Part shown: positions 1-11,427 of the stretch, one piece after another
Layout: the number at the start of each line of letters is the position of its first letter
Numbering within the stretch: position 1 is the stretch's first letter
DNA from: Pachysolen tannophilus NRRL Y-2460
Taxonomy: Eukaryota
Direction: 5' to 3'
NCBI GenBank assembly: GCA_001661245.1
Contig: KV454013.1
Span: 83,005-147,004 of the forward strand
Length of the DNA stretch: 64,000 nt
The notes under the pieces: model-generated
Databases searched by the model: none
Told to the model about the DNA's origin: nothing
What the model saw: only the letters and a program-made list of their open reading frames with translations
Made by a program: the position numbers and the translations under genes

Positions 1-381
1 TGGGGTCAACCTATTACCAAAAGTCCTCAGAATAATATTAATAATAATAATAGTAATAATAATAATAATAATAATAACAATAATGAAGAAGTAATTTCTC
101 AGTTATCCACTGAGAGAACAATACCTAGAAGTGTTGGAAGTGGTTCAGAAACCCGCAGTGGTAGTGGCAGGGTCAATTACACTGGGGTAAGGAGAAACGG
201 AATTTACATTAATGAGAATAAAAAAAATGATTCTCTCAACACAATAAAAGACACATATTTTTTTTTTCTTTTCTATTTTAGCTATTTTTTTTTTTTTATT
301 TTTATTTCATTTTTTGGAAAAGAAATCAGAGTATTGATTTTGTCTGATAATATTAATACAGTAGTGAGAAGTGGTTTATAA
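1..381 (+). CDS. Possible 3' end of a gene entering from the left edge (poly-Asn, low complexity)
   Basis: Frame 1 is open from base 1 to TAA at 379-381 and has an (AAT)n Asn tract like those in coding regions here. The distal part crosses poly-T runs and looks non-coding, so the extent is uncertain. Confidence 0.3.
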   Translation, partial: WGQPITKSPQNNINNNNSNNNNNNNNNNEEVISQLSTERTIPRSVGSGSETRSGSGRVNYTGVRRNGIYINENKKNDSLNTIKDTYFFFLFYFSYFFFFIFISFFGKEIRVLILSDNINTVVRSGL

Positions 382-890
382 TAAAATAGCTTATATATAA
401 TTTAGCACTTAAAGCTGGAAAAGAAAACGTAGCAATCCAATGTAGCCGCATATTGATTTGCTTCTCAAAAAAAAAAAAAAAAAAAAAAAAGAAATTAAAA
501 AGTTTTGCGCTAATGTACTCTGATAGAAGGTGTAAGGTGTATGTGTCTTAGGACAGAGATTTCCGTTCAGCTTTGAACTAATTTAATTTTAGTTTTAGTC
601 AATCATGCTAGATAAATGAACAGTTGAAAATCCTATATTACTAATGATTACAACATAATTATTAATATAGCAAGCATAAATCCAAATTTCTTACAAAGAT
701 AATAATAAGATAACGATATATCTTGAATTTTTATACTTTATTATTTGTTTCAAAATAAGATAGAGATACAAACAATAGAACAGAAAGATCAGTACGATTT
801 TTTCCCACGTGTAATTTTTTTTTTTCATGTCTTCATACCATTCATTTATTCATTATCTTTCAAAATCTTAAAACACCTTGAAACTAAAGC

Positions 891-922
891 CTGGAAATCT
901 GGAAATCTGGAAATCTGGAAAC
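891..922. repeat. Tandem 8-mer (CTGGAAAT)x4, last copy imperfect
   Basis: ctggaaat ctggaaat ctggaaat ctggaaac read directly from the sequence. Confidence 0.9.
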
Positions 923-1369
923 TCAATGTTCGATTGGTAGTATTCCAACGTTTAAATGATTTCACATAATACCTTCTTATGTGCGGCTTATCAAAAAAAT
1001 CCTGTATGTTTTTTTTATCTTCTTCGGGACTTTATTATCACATTGTATGCATGCAGGCTGAAACCAAAGAAGAAAACCGTTTTATATTTGGTTGGATTAC
1101 ACACGACCCAATAATGGCACTTGAAGCCAGCCAAAAATACCAGTATTTTCCCATTTGTAAAATGGGTTCTTTTAGTTCTAGTTCATTGTTTTTAAAAGAA
1201 TCAGAATTATCTTCATCTAAATTGATTTAATATTCTGCCATGTGTATTATACAAAGATGGTATTTTCATTTGGGGCTATCTAAAAAATAAAAGTATAAAA
1301 TTGCAAAGAAAAAAAGAAAAAAAAAAAAAGGGCCAGAGATGAAAATATTTGAAAATATTTTGTAGAATC

Positions 1370-2932
1370 TTAAAGAAGTAGACGACCAATACCTATACCT
1401 AGAATTAAGTTGAGGATCAAGATTACATTGAGTTGGATTTTATCAAAGCTTAATAGTACATCTCTGCCGTCGATAAACAGGTCTCCTTTGAAGTTGTTTG
1501 TGAAAAAGTGAATATTTGGAATAAAAATAATTTTGGAAATATTACGTCCAACCATTGAAAATAATTCTTTACAATATGTCCAGAATGAATTTTGGTCTGA
1601 ATTGGGTAATGAAAATTCAATTTTGTAATCAGGAGCATGTGAGTCTTTTGTGTTGTTCAAGGTTGCTTCTGGAATTTGATTTATAGCTTTATCCGTATCA
1701 TTCAGATCAAGATCACTCACCGGTTTTACTTCAGATGGGGTCAGGGTTATTTCTTCTAAAGAAACCGGCTGCTTTAAAATTTGATCATTAGCTAACATGT
1801 CTTTAACTTTTGCTTCAAATGAATTTACTAACCTTCTTCTCTTCCAAGGCTCAAATACTAACTGAACAATGATGAACAAAAACAAATTTACACCCATTAT
1901 TAATAAAGTGCCCCATGTTGAGAATCGCCTTATTTTATCAGACCAAACTTGCTCCTCATGGTACCTTGTTAATATGACTGTCATCAAACTGCTTTGGTTT
2001 TCTTCTTGCTGAGATTCTAGTTCTTGTAACATTTTCAAATTTTCTTGTTCCTGTTTTTCTAAAGTATGATCATTTTTATATAAATTGGTAAATTTTTCCA
2101 AATCTTCTAAAGACCAAGAATTTTGTCTTTGCAACAATTCATTAATTTGCTTTTGAGATTGAGATCTCAAATGTACAGAGCTATTATAAGCTTGTTTTGC
2201 ATCTTTTATTTTCAACTTCAATTCTTGAATTAAATTTTCCTTTGCGGTAATATCAGCTTTCAATTTTTCAATTCTTGTATAGCCTGTAAGTTCATTGATA
2301 ATCCTCACTATAATTGGAAAAGTTTTCTTCAAGTCCTCAGCGTTATTTTTCAATCTTTCGGATAAATCTTGTTTATAATTATTAGCATTTTTCTTTTGAG
2401 CATCTGTAAATTTATGTAATTCTTCCTTCAACTGCTGGAAATTTTCATTTTCCTTTATTTTATCAATCAACAACTGGTACAGTCCAGCTACATTTTTCGG
2501 ATCTGCTTTCGTATCCTTATCCTCTATAACATTCTCTTTATGACTTGGGTTCTCTTTCTCTTTTTTAGTAGTATCTTCAATTTTGGCGTCATTTCCCTCT
2601 AATTCAGATCTATCCCTCTCAGCTTCTGGTTTATCATATTTATTTCCCTGTGGTTGCACTTGTTCCTGTTTCTGTTGCAATTCTTCCAATTGCCTTTTTT
2701 TCTCTTCAATGAAATTATCTCTCTGTTTTTGTTCCATCTGGCGTTTCTCCAGTTCTCTTTTCTTAATACCTTCTCTCCACTCGTTAATTAATTGATCATT
2801 TAATTCCTTATTATTTGGGTTATTGTCATCAGAAATTGCTCTCCTAGTTCCCAGTAAAAAGACTCTAGAGCTTTTTAACGTCGTCAATGCCCTGGGTAAA
2901 ATAAAGCAACACGCCCTATTCAAAAGAATCAT
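1370..2932 (-). CDS. SHE9: Mitochondrial inner-membrane protein She9/Mdm33
   Basis: Coiled coil with NELTGY, SQKQINELLQR, RYHEEQVWSDKIRRFSTWGT and FEPWKRRRLV motifs. First ATG at 2932 (the ORF track starts at TTG). Confidence 0.92.
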   Translation of the reverse strand: MILLNRACCFILPRALTTLKSSRVFLLGTRRAISDDNNPNNKELNDQLINEWREGIKKRELEKRQMEQKQRDNFIEEKKRQLEELQQKQEQVQPQGNKYDKPEAERDRSELEGNDAKIEDTTKKEKENPSHKENVIEDKDTKADPKNVAGLYQLLIDKIKENENFQQLKEELHKFTDAQKKNANNYKQDLSERLKNNAEDLKKTFPIIVRIINELTGYTRIEKLKADITAKENLIQELKLKIKDAKQAYNSSVHLRSQSQKQINELLQRQNSWSLEDLEKFTNLYKNDHTLEKQEQENLKMLQELESQQEENQSSLMTVILTRYHEEQVWSDKIRRFSTWGTLLIMGVNLFLFIIVQLVFEPWKRRRLVNSFEAKVKDMLANDQILKQPVSLEEITLTPSEVKPVSDLDLNDTDKAINQIPEATLNNTKDSHAPDYKIEFSLPNSDQNSFWTYCKELFSMVGRNISKIIFIPNIHFFTNNFKGDLFIDGRDVLLSFDKIQLNVILILNLILGIGIGRLLL

Positions 2933-3101
2933 CTTTCTCTTAAAAGAACAAAATATAACCAATTTGTATTAAAAAGACTCTATTTTTTTTTCAGTATTTA
3001 TTTTTCAACTAAAAATTATATATTATGATTAAAAATTAATTAATAAATTACAAATATTTTTCAGATATACAGCAGTTCCATAATAATTGAGATCATTCAA
3101 G

Positions 3102-4094
3102 ATGAGTCAGGATAAATATCGTTATCGAATAGAGATACAGCAGATGATGTTTGTTAGCGGGGAGACTGAAGATCCAGTTCCAGACACGTTATCTTTGATT
3201 GAGGATATAGTGAGAGAACAGGTTATTGAAATTGTTTTACAAAGTTCAAAGACAGCTTTAGCAAGAGGATCTAAGTCGATATCACCTGAGGATGTTATTT
3301 TTTTGATCAGACATGATAGAGCAAAAGTTAATAGGTTGAGAACATATTTGAGTTGGAAAGATGTTAGAAAAAATGCAAAAGATCAAGAAGAAGGAAACCT
3401 TGGTACTGGTAATGAGTTATTAGAAGACGCTACTACTAATGCTAATAATGGGCCCGGTGGAACTGGTAAATCAGCAAGTCAAAATGACATAGATAATAAG
3501 ATGAAAAATTTTAGAAAATCAAAGATTAGACTTCCTTGGGAATTACAGTTCATGTTTTACGAACAACCTATGGAAAATCCATTGCTGGATGAACAAGATG
3601 CTGTAGATGACGATGAAAAAGAAGCAACAATTGCATCTTTGAAACGTTTGAAGACAAACGATGATAGAACAAAATATATGACAAAAGAGGAGTATGTTCA
3701 TTGGTCTGAATGTAGACAGGCGAGTTTCACTTTTCGTAAAGCTAAACGTTTTAGAGAATGGTGTGGATTATCGCAATTAACCGATCAAAGGCCTCAAGAT
3801 GATGTTATTGACATATTGGGGTTTTTAACTTTTGAAATGGTGTGCTCTATTACAGAAGAAGCTTTAAGAGTGAAAGCCTTGGAAGAGGAAAATTTAGGAG
3901 ATGAAATAAAAATCACCAACAAGAAAAAGAGAAATCGTCATTATTTATTTGATCCTCCTGATAATAGTAGCTATCCTATAACACCCGGACATATTGAAGA
4001 AGCTTGGAGGAGGTTGCAAAGTGTTAGCTTTGAAAAAAGGTGTATCAAAAATTTTAAAGGTGGAAGATTAAGATCAAGAGCAAGATTAATATGA
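3102..4094 (+). CDS. SPT3: SAGA complex subunit Spt3
   Basis: YRIEIQQMMFVSGE, RLRTYLSWKDVRKNAKDQ and YVHWSECRQASFTFRK motifs. ATG at 3102. Confidence 0.96.
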   Translation: MSQDKYRYRIEIQQMMFVSGETEDPVPDTLSLIEDIVREQVIEIVLQSSKTALARGSKSISPEDVIFLIRHDRAKVNRLRTYLSWKDVRKNAKDQEEGNLGTGNELLEDATTNANNGPGGTGKSASQNDIDNKMKNFRKSKIRLPWELQFMFYEQPMENPLLDEQDAVDDDEKEATIASLKRLKTNDDRTKYMTKEEYVHWSECRQASFTFRKAKRFREWCGLSQLTDQRPQDDVIDILGFLTFEMVCSITEEALRVKALEEENLGDEIKITNKKKRNRHYLFDPPDNSSYPITPGHIEEAWRRLQSVSFEKRCIKNFKGGRLRSRARLI

Positions 4095-4185
4095 AACCAA
4101 AAGAATATTTTCTTTGATTTTTCTTTTTTTATTTCTATAAAATACAAGTTTGAAATACGTTCTAGACATTATACAGTAATTAATT

Positions 4186-6978
4186 TTATAGTTTTTCCAA
4201 CCTTTCAAAACATGCTTCGACCCAATTATTGTCACTATTCATAACTACAACTCGACCATTTTCATCTTTATAGTTCGAAGCACAAGCAGCACCTTTAATA
4301 ATCAAAGATTTTGGGTTCAGTTTAAACTTTAAATCTTCATTGTACTCTAATCGAATACTTTCTCTTCTAGAAATCAGCAAAATATAGTAATAGAATTCCA
4401 AGAGAACTAGCTCTTTGTTTTTTTCAAAGTTTAAATTGTAGTAAATGTTATTGTGATTTGATAAAAAGTCGGCAACAGATTTGAAAATTGTATCCCTCGG
4501 GTATCTTCTAGAAGCGGAATACTTATGTTGTTTATGCTTTGATATGTAATATTCCATTGACTTGTTTACTAATAAATCGGAATTCTCCTTTCTGAGCTCA
4601 TTTAAGTGGTAGGATTCAGAACCCTCTTCAGTCAAACCTTGCATTTGCCCCTGATATAAAGATTCTTCCAATTGAAGGTAAAAATCATAGTCATAATCAC
4701 GATCATACTTTTTATCTAGATCCAACAAATAAGAATAATCATTACCACTATTATTTTCTTTATTTTCAATGCCTTTTCGAATTTTTCCTTTTTCCGATCT
4801 TTCTATATAATTCACGTAAGTGATACCGAATTCCTCATCATCTATGATTTCACTTTCATTATGATTTCCAATTCCTTCAGTTAATAGCTGTAATTCATTA
4901 ATGCATTTTCTCAAATCATTTCTATTTTGGTTCGAATTATCAATAATATTAAGCAAGATTTCGTCACTTATGTTAAATCCAATTATTAAGCCTAAAATTG
5001 AAAGATAATTCAACAAGACTTTCCTGCTAATTTTTTTAAATCCTATTTGTTTATAGTAACTTTGATTAGACAATAACCAATCTGGTAATTCAAAATATTC
5101 GGTAGGTTTTAACAACAAAATTACAGGTTTTCTTGTTACTAAGAGTAAATTTTTTAAAATCCCCAAAAAAATATCTCTTTCTTGTTCTAACATTGGCAAT
5201 TCATCAAACAAAATTATACTATCTTGTTTTTCACCATTACTACTATTAAACTTCTGGTGTATTGCAATTTCTTTCAAATTCTTTTTATCGATCATGGATG
5301 AGTCAAGATTATAAATGTAGTATCCCATCTCCTCTACAATTGTTGTGATTGCTGCTGACTTTCCTATACCAGAATCTCCTGTAATTATTAATAGTGGTAA
5401 TTCCTTATCTGCCTCTGGTAATTCATTATCCGAATAGTAATAATAATCATCCACATCATTCACTATAAATGAATTTAAACTATTATCAGCTTCATCTTCT
5501 TCATTGTTCTTTAACTTTGCATGTAACATATGTTTCCTGTTCGGCTTCTTCTTAGTATAATTTAATTTTTTAAAAATATTATCAAACCACATAACTATTT
5601 CTTTTTGTTTTGAGGATGGAATTAATAAATCTTTGTAGCTTGAAGGTTTGAACAAATCAGTGAATAATAGGTTATTTTCCAGTTTCAAATTTGCAAATGT
5701 TTCATCATCCAATAAATTTACTAACCTTTTCAATCTGGAATTTTCTTTTATGCTATTGATCTTTGTTAATATTTGTCCAAAAATATCATCTTTGGAAAAA
5801 GGTTCGAATTGGTATGAATAATTTAAAAAATGCCTTGAAACGTCTAACATTTCTATATTTTGAGTTAATAATGGTCCTAGACGACTATCACTTTCTTTAT
5901 TTGTAATAATTTCAACATAATAATCATTTTCATTATTATTATTTTTCTCTTTAAGTTTCAAATCCAATTTTCTATGAGGTGTATTATAATTATGTGTAGA
6001 ATAAATATGGAAATCATGTGAAGTTAATATAGGGGGGTTGATAGTTTTATTAATTCCTTTTTCTTTCATTAATCGTGATATCTCAGATTTTTTATTAAAA
6101 ATCTCAAGAAAACTAGGATGTGAATTTTGGTATTGATTATCATCAAGAGAAATAGGAACTTCAACGTTATCGAGATCATTTTCTTTTAATTGCTTTTTCA
6201 ATTCCAGATCTTGTTGTCTTTCTTTAAAATTTTGAAGACAAGATGAAGCATTGACTTTTGATATAAATTTTCGTGTTTCTAATGGAAAAAAATCGTGACT
6301 ACTTGTATCAACGTCTTCAATTTCATCTGTAGTAGTATTAGTATTACTATTAGTATTACTATTAATAAAGTTGCTTTCTGGAACCATTACTATTCTATTT
6401 TTCATATGCTTTGGTTTTTTTTTCTTTGTAGTTTTCATAGAAGGTCTTTTCAAAAAATCACTAATATTAATAATTTTGTTATTATGTTTAACATCTCGGG
6501 GTTCGTGTTCTTGTTCTTGTTCTTGTTCTTGTTCTTGCTCTTCATCGCTAAGTATTTCTATAGGTCCACCATGCACTGGTTCTTGATTAAGTTGTAACCA
6601 TTTCTGTCTTGAATATCTCAAAGTAACGAAAACTTTGTCTATACTACCAGCTGTAGTATATGTCCCGGTATTACCTCTATCTTCGAACCCAGTATTTTGT
6701 CTTTTCAAATTTTGTTGATTCCCAGATAACAACTCCATTAAAGATCTTCTTTTCTTCATATTTTCTTGCTCCAAATCCACAAATATCCCATTCCTAGTAT
6801 CGTCCGTGTCCGTTTGCAAAAACCCATCATCACTGGTTTCAGTTTGAGTCTCATCACTTGTTTCACTAGATATGGATTCTTTAAGCACAGGTAAATTATT
6901 TATAGTATTATTTAAATTTCCATTTTCTCGTATTGGCGCTTTTGTGCTGGGAAAAAATCTCTCTAGACTTGACTGCAT
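4186..6978 (-). CDS. ELG1: Elg1/ATAD5-like large subunit of the PCNA-unloading RFC-like complex
   Basis: AAA+ Walker A GDSGIGKS, ILFDE Walker B and DLRKCINELQ motif. Segment KRRSLMELLSG resembles the Elg1 N-terminus. Confidence 0.82.
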   Translation of the reverse strand: MQSSLERFFPSTKAPIRENGNLNNTINNLPVLKESISSETSDETQTETSDDGFLQTDTDDTRNGIFVDLEQENMKKRRSLMELLSGNQQNLKRQNTGFEDRGNTGTYTTAGSIDKVFVTLRYSRQKWLQLNQEPVHGGPIEILSDEEQEQEQEQEQEHEPRDVKHNNKIINISDFLKRPSMKTTKKKKPKHMKNRIVMVPESNFINSNTNSNTNTTTDEIEDVDTSSHDFFPLETRKFISKVNASSCLQNFKERQQDLELKKQLKENDLDNVEVPISLDDNQYQNSHPSFLEIFNKKSEISRLMKEKGINKTINPPILTSHDFHIYSTHNYNTPHRKLDLKLKEKNNNNENDYYVEIITNKESDSRLGPLLTQNIEMLDVSRHFLNYSYQFEPFSKDDIFGQILTKINSIKENSRLKRLVNLLDDETFANLKLENNLLFTDLFKPSSYKDLLIPSSKQKEIVMWFDNIFKKLNYTKKKPNRKHMLHAKLKNNEEDEADNSLNSFIVNDVDDYYYYSDNELPEADKELPLLIITGDSGIGKSAAITTIVEEMGYYIYNLDSSMIDKKNLKEIAIHQKFNSSNGEKQDSIILFDELPMLEQERDIFLGILKNLLLVTRKPVILLLKPTEYFELPDWLLSNQSYYKQIGFKKISRKVLLNYLSILGLIIGFNISDEILLNIIDNSNQNRNDLRKCINELQLLTEGIGNHNESEIIDDEEFGITYVNYIERSEKGKIRKGIENKENNSGNDYSYLLDLDKKYDRDYDYDFYLQLEESLYQGQMQGLTEEGSESYHLNELRKENSDLLVNKSMEYYISKHKQHKYSASRRYPRDTIFKSVADFLSNHNNIYYNLNFEKNKELVLLEFYYYILLISRRESIRLEYNEDLKFKLNPKSLIIKGAACASNYKDENGRVVVMNSDNNWVEACFERLEKL
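6505..6540. repeat. Coding hexamer repeat (Glu-Gln)n in ELG1
   Basis: (tcttgt)n on the plus strand encodes EQEQEQEQEQE on the minus strand. Confidence 0.85.
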
Positions 6979-7397
6979 TGGTCCAATTTTCCCCAGTATC
7001 TCCTCAATCAGAATCTGTTCAAATAATCAATCATCGACCTGATCTTATAACGATTAATTCACTATTTCAATATTGTTTATTTCAATGTTTAGCTTACTTA
7101 CTTTTTACTTACTTATATTTAAAGTCAAGTTAACTTTGCGCGTCTTCAAAAATAATAACAAAAAAAAAGCACATCAAGAAAGGACGTGCTCTAAAAACTC
7201 AAAGTTCTATTTTAGGAAATCGCTACAGTGAAGAAGATATTTGCACAAAAGTATTAGATAAACCAACGACAAGACGAAAAAAGATAAGAAGAAGATAAAG
7301 ATGATTGGATGGGGTCAATGGTAAAGGGGTAATTTTAGAAGCTTGTATTGTTAGCTTTATTTTTTCATTCATTAATTTTTTCTAACTATTATGCTAT

Positions 7398-8237
7398 TTA
7401 GTACCTTTCTTTCATTCTTGAAGAGACAGTTCTCAAGTTACCATAAATTTTACCTGGAGGAGAACCCAAGATCAACGAAACAACAGCATGCCTAGCTAAT
7501 TTGATATGGGTGAATCCACCCAAGATGTGTATCTTTGAGTCTGCAAGAACAATTCTTGTTCTTGTAGAGTTTTCTATAGCAAATTTTGTTCTTCCATCTT
7601 TACCTGCAATTCTTCCTATAGCACGAGAAAGATGATCTCCTTTTAAAGTCTTGATATCTTTGATTTCAAATGTTTCAATATATAAATCATCCAATCTTAA
7701 AAGTGCAATTGCATCATCTATATCAAACCCCAAGGTGAATGCCTTGATGAAATCTGCACCTTTCTGTAATGCACCAGGATCAGTTGTCTTGTTACAAGAC
7801 CTAAGTTCAACTGTTTTAGTTTTCAAATTCATACGAACTTGTAATTTCAAATGATCAACCAATGGTGGGTATATCTTGAGCCATGAATTTTTTAAAGGCG
7901 ACATTCTATGTGGAGGTACTGGAACTTTTCTTGATTCCAATTTAACTTTTTGACCTGAACTAGCTGCAGAAGTAAACTTTGGTTTCCCAGATTCATCCAA
8001 TATCACCCCACTCTGCTCTTTAACGCTAGACAGTACTGTATCCTCTTCATCTTGTCCCAGACGCTCTGCATCAATAAGTACTTCATCATCATCTTCATCT
8101 TCATCTTTATCATCATTCCCATTTCCAGCGCCCCTAATTCCTACTCCCACACCCGTATTCATATCCATACCCACACTCTCAACACCAACATTATTATCAA
8201 TATTTGTTATATCTTTCACAGCAGTTGGAGCAACCAT
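7398..8237 (-). CDS. PNO1: KH-domain pre-40S assembly factor Pno1/Dim2
   Basis: ESRKVPVPPHRMSPL, GDHLSRAIGRIAGKDG and C-terminal YGNLRTVSSRMKERY. Confidence 0.97.
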   Translation of the reverse strand: MVAPTAVKDITNIDNNVGVESVGMDMNTGVGVGIRGAGNGNDDKDEDEDDDEVLIDAERLGQDEEDTVLSSVKEQSGVILDESGKPKFTSAASSGQKVKLESRKVPVPPHRMSPLKNSWLKIYPPLVDHLKLQVRMNLKTKTVELRSCNKTTDPGALQKGADFIKAFTLGFDIDDAIALLRLDDLYIETFEIKDIKTLKGDHLSRAIGRIAGKDGRTKFAIENSTRTRIVLADSKIHILGGFTHIKLARHAVVSLILGSPPGKIYGNLRTVSSRMKERY

Positions 8238-8872
8238 ATTGTCTAACAGAACTTATATCCACAATTTATAAAAATCCTATTAATATGATTGATTACTTTA
8301 TATCATCTTCTTCTATATATTATATAGATAAAGAAAAATTTTTTTCTGCCTTAAAAAAAAGAAAAGAAAAAAAAAAATTTTTTTTTCAAAAAAAAGAAAA
8401 AATTTAAAAAATTTAAAAAATTTCCTAAAATGGAAATTGTGTTCCGAGATCACGACCGATCATTTTTTTTTTTGCTTTTTTTTCTTTCTTTTTTTTTATG
8501 TCTCGGTGAATTTTTAGTATCGGCGGTTAATTGAATAAATGAATGAATAATAGATGACCATAAGAGTTATTTAATAATAAGAAGAAGAAGAAGAAGAAGA
8601 AGAAAAGTGATAGGATATTTATATATTAGTGATTTATCAAAAGGAAAAGAGGATAAGTTTTCAATTATTTTGAAAATAAGATTTTTCTTTTGCTTTTTTT
8701 TTTACTTTAATTCAACGGAAATTATTGTACATTCCGCAAAATAGCAATATTGAGAAATTTTTAAATGGTATATTGAAAATTGATGGAAAAGTAATATAAG
8801 TTATATATGTATATGTTTATATATTTATGTGTTTGTGGTTTATGTGTTCATGTATGTGTATGATTGGGTAAT

Positions 8873-10831
8873 ATGTTTAGAGTAGGGAGAAGTTTACTGT
8901 CGGTTTCGATGTATAAGAATTCGAAATCGATTTTTTTAAATCCTTATTTGATAAGAAGAGGTTTAGTTAAAAATCAAAGTATTAGTGGCAATTTAATATT
9001 TAATTTTAAAAATTTAAATTGTCGTTATTTTACCAATAGATCTAATAAACCTAATAATGGGAAATCTTTAAAAGAATTACTTTCACAAAGTGAAAGTTTT
9101 TGGGAAAAATTAAAAATTAGATTTAAATGGCTGTTAATACGTCAAAATAGACCATTTGATATAGATGATTTATCAGCTTTTGCATCATGGGTATTAATGG
9201 GGAATATGTTATGGATTATAATTGGTACAACAACTTTTTTTGGATTAATATTATATATTTCAAATCAAGTTTATCATCATGAAAGTTTAAAAAATTCAAT
9301 TATAAGTCATTCATTATTACTGAAATTACTTAAACTTGATACAAATATTAATATGGATTTAAAAAATATGGATTTTTTCAAAATTAAATATTTAAATGGT
9401 AAAATTTGTTTTGAAAATGTTTATATTATTGATAAAAATTTTAAATTTAAAATTGAATCTTTAAGTTTTGATTTAAGTTTTAAAAAATGGAAAGAAGGTA
9501 AAGGTTTAATAAAAGATGTTGATATTAGAGGTTTAAGAGGAATTTATTATATTGATAATTATGATTTAGAAGATATAATTGGTAATTCATTTATAAAATT
9601 ATTTCCCAAAAATTATGAATTTGAAAAATTTAAAATTGGTGATTCAAATATTGATTTTTCAACAATTAATAATACTAATAATTTTTTAAAAAATGAAAAT
9701 CCAATTAAAATTTCAATTTTTAATTGTGAACTTGAAAAATTAAGAAATCAATTTCTGTTATATGATTTTTTTAATTCAAATAATTGTAATGGTGCTATAA
9801 ATGATTCTCTTTTCACAATTCATCAAAAACAAGAAAATGTTAAAAATTTTGCCCTGTTTGAAGAAATGGATTTTTTTGAAATGGAAAAAATTAAAAAAGA
9901 AAATGAAATTAGAAATAGAAATTTAATTTTAAATAATACAACTAATTATAATGGTGATTATAATGATAATGAAAATCCATGGAAAAAATTTATAAGATTT
10001 AGAATGGATCATTTTGATCTTAAAAATCTTTCAAAACCAATGAATTATCAATGGTTAAATGAAGGGAAAGTAGATATTGTTGCAGATATAATGTTCCCTA
10101 AAGAAGAAGATGATTTTGGTAATAGTAGTTATAGTGAAACTAAGATTAATGATGAATTAAGTAGTTTAATTGGTGGATTATGGAATAAATTTATTTTATC
10201 AAAAACTAATAATCAAGAAATTCAAGAAATTCAAGAAAATCAAATATCCATATCAAACAATAGAAATACTTTTACAAAGCTTAATAAATATGTTGTCATT
10301 GATTTAAAATTTCAATTTACAGATTTGAAAACAACTTTTGGTAATGGAAATTATTTAAAAATTAATAATACAAAATTATTAAATGATGATGAATTTAAAT
10401 CTTTAATTAAATTTATAAATAATTACAATCAAAACGAATATCAATTTTCATATAATAATAATGACGAAGATAATGAATACTATTTTGGAGATGAAATGAC
10501 ACATTCAATGGGTGGTCTTTCCGGTTCACAAATACTGAATAATTCCTCCCCCTTAGATACAGATCAAATTTTCCCCACAATAAAGTTCCGGGTAGTGAAA
10601 AATTTAGAGGATTTTTCATTTACCAATCTTAACGAGTCGCAGCAACAATTTGACGGGGTTAATTTGGATCTAAAAGATTTAATCCTCGTTGAATTGATAA
10701 ACAACATGAGATTAATCCAGAGAAATAACGAGTTGAATTTAATTAATAATAACTACAACTTGAATTTTAAGAAAACTTTTTTCTTAATAAATAACTTGTT
10801 AATAGTGGGATTAGGTACTTGGCTAATATGA
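8873..10831 (+). CDS. MDM32: Mitochondrial distribution and morphology protein, Mdm31/Mdm32 family (Mdm32-like)
   Basis: Presequence-like N-terminus, RPFDIDDLSAFASW followed by a TM segment WIIIGTTTF, and KISIFNCEL motif. ATG at 8873. Paralogue assignment is tentative. Confidence 0.75.
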   Translation: MFRVGRSLLSVSMYKNSKSIFLNPYLIRRGLVKNQSISGNLIFNFKNLNCRYFTNRSNKPNNGKSLKELLSQSESFWEKLKIRFKWLLIRQNRPFDIDDLSAFASWVLMGNMLWIIIGTTTFFGLILYISNQVYHHESLKNSIISHSLLLKLLKLDTNINMDLKNMDFFKIKYLNGKICFENVYIIDKNFKFKIESLSFDLSFKKWKEGKGLIKDVDIRGLRGIYYIDNYDLEDIIGNSFIKLFPKNYEFEKFKIGDSNIDFSTINNTNNFLKNENPIKISIFNCELEKLRNQFLLYDFFNSNNCNGAINDSLFTIHQKQENVKNFALFEEMDFFEMEKIKKENEIRNRNLILNNTTNYNGDYNDNENPWKKFIRFRMDHFDLKNLSKPMNYQWLNEGKVDIVADIMFPKEEDDFGNSSYSETKINDELSSLIGGLWNKFILSKTNNQEIQEIQENQISISNNRNTFTKLNKYVVIDLKFQFTDLKTTFGNGNYLKINNTKLLNDDEFKSLIKFINNYNQNEYQFSYNNNDEDNEYYFGDEMTHSMGGLSGSQILNNSSPLDTDQIFPTIKFRVVKNLEDFSFTNLNESQQQFDGVNLDLKDLILVELINNMRLIQRNNELNLINNNYNLNFKKTFFLINNLLIVGLGTWLI

Positions 10832-11427
10832 AAAAAATTTTAAAAAAAGAGAGATCACAGAGATAAATTAAAATAAAATTTAGAATGTTATTAATAGGTT
10901 ATATAGGTAATAGGTAATAAGAGTAATAGGATAGATAGAGATGAAAACAAAAAAATACAAAAAATTAAAAGAGAAAAAGTTTTTAATGAATATAAATTTT
11001 ACGTAACTTCTTAAATATATCCCTGTAGACTCAACAAGAAATAGTACCGTTAATGTTATCTGTCGGTACTAAACCTTTTTTTTTAAGGTTTGAAAAATTT
11101 TCCCTTTTAGGCAACGGGCGATCTTGCATTTCAGTTGTCGTTTCTTTTCTCGTCCATTTTAACCATTCATCATTTCTTGTTTCACATAACTAGCTAGCTA
11201 GATTTAAACTTTTCAAAGTATAAAAAAAAAATGTAACAATAAAAAAAATTTTTTTTAACGAGATAGTTTTTCAGTATATTTATTTTTTTTTTTTCAATAA
11301 ATAAAAAAAAAAAAAAAAAACAACTAAAAATCTTGACTTATTAAACAAATCACCAGGCTATGGCTATCTATCTATCTCTCTTGAGCTTCAAATATTCAAT
11401 TCTCTCGATAGTTTCAATATTTCAAGA

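Noticed and set aside
745..1230. Short ORFs 745..969 and 979..1230
   Set aside because: No recognisable motifs; they cross poly-T runs and a tandem repeat, and the first has no ATG start.
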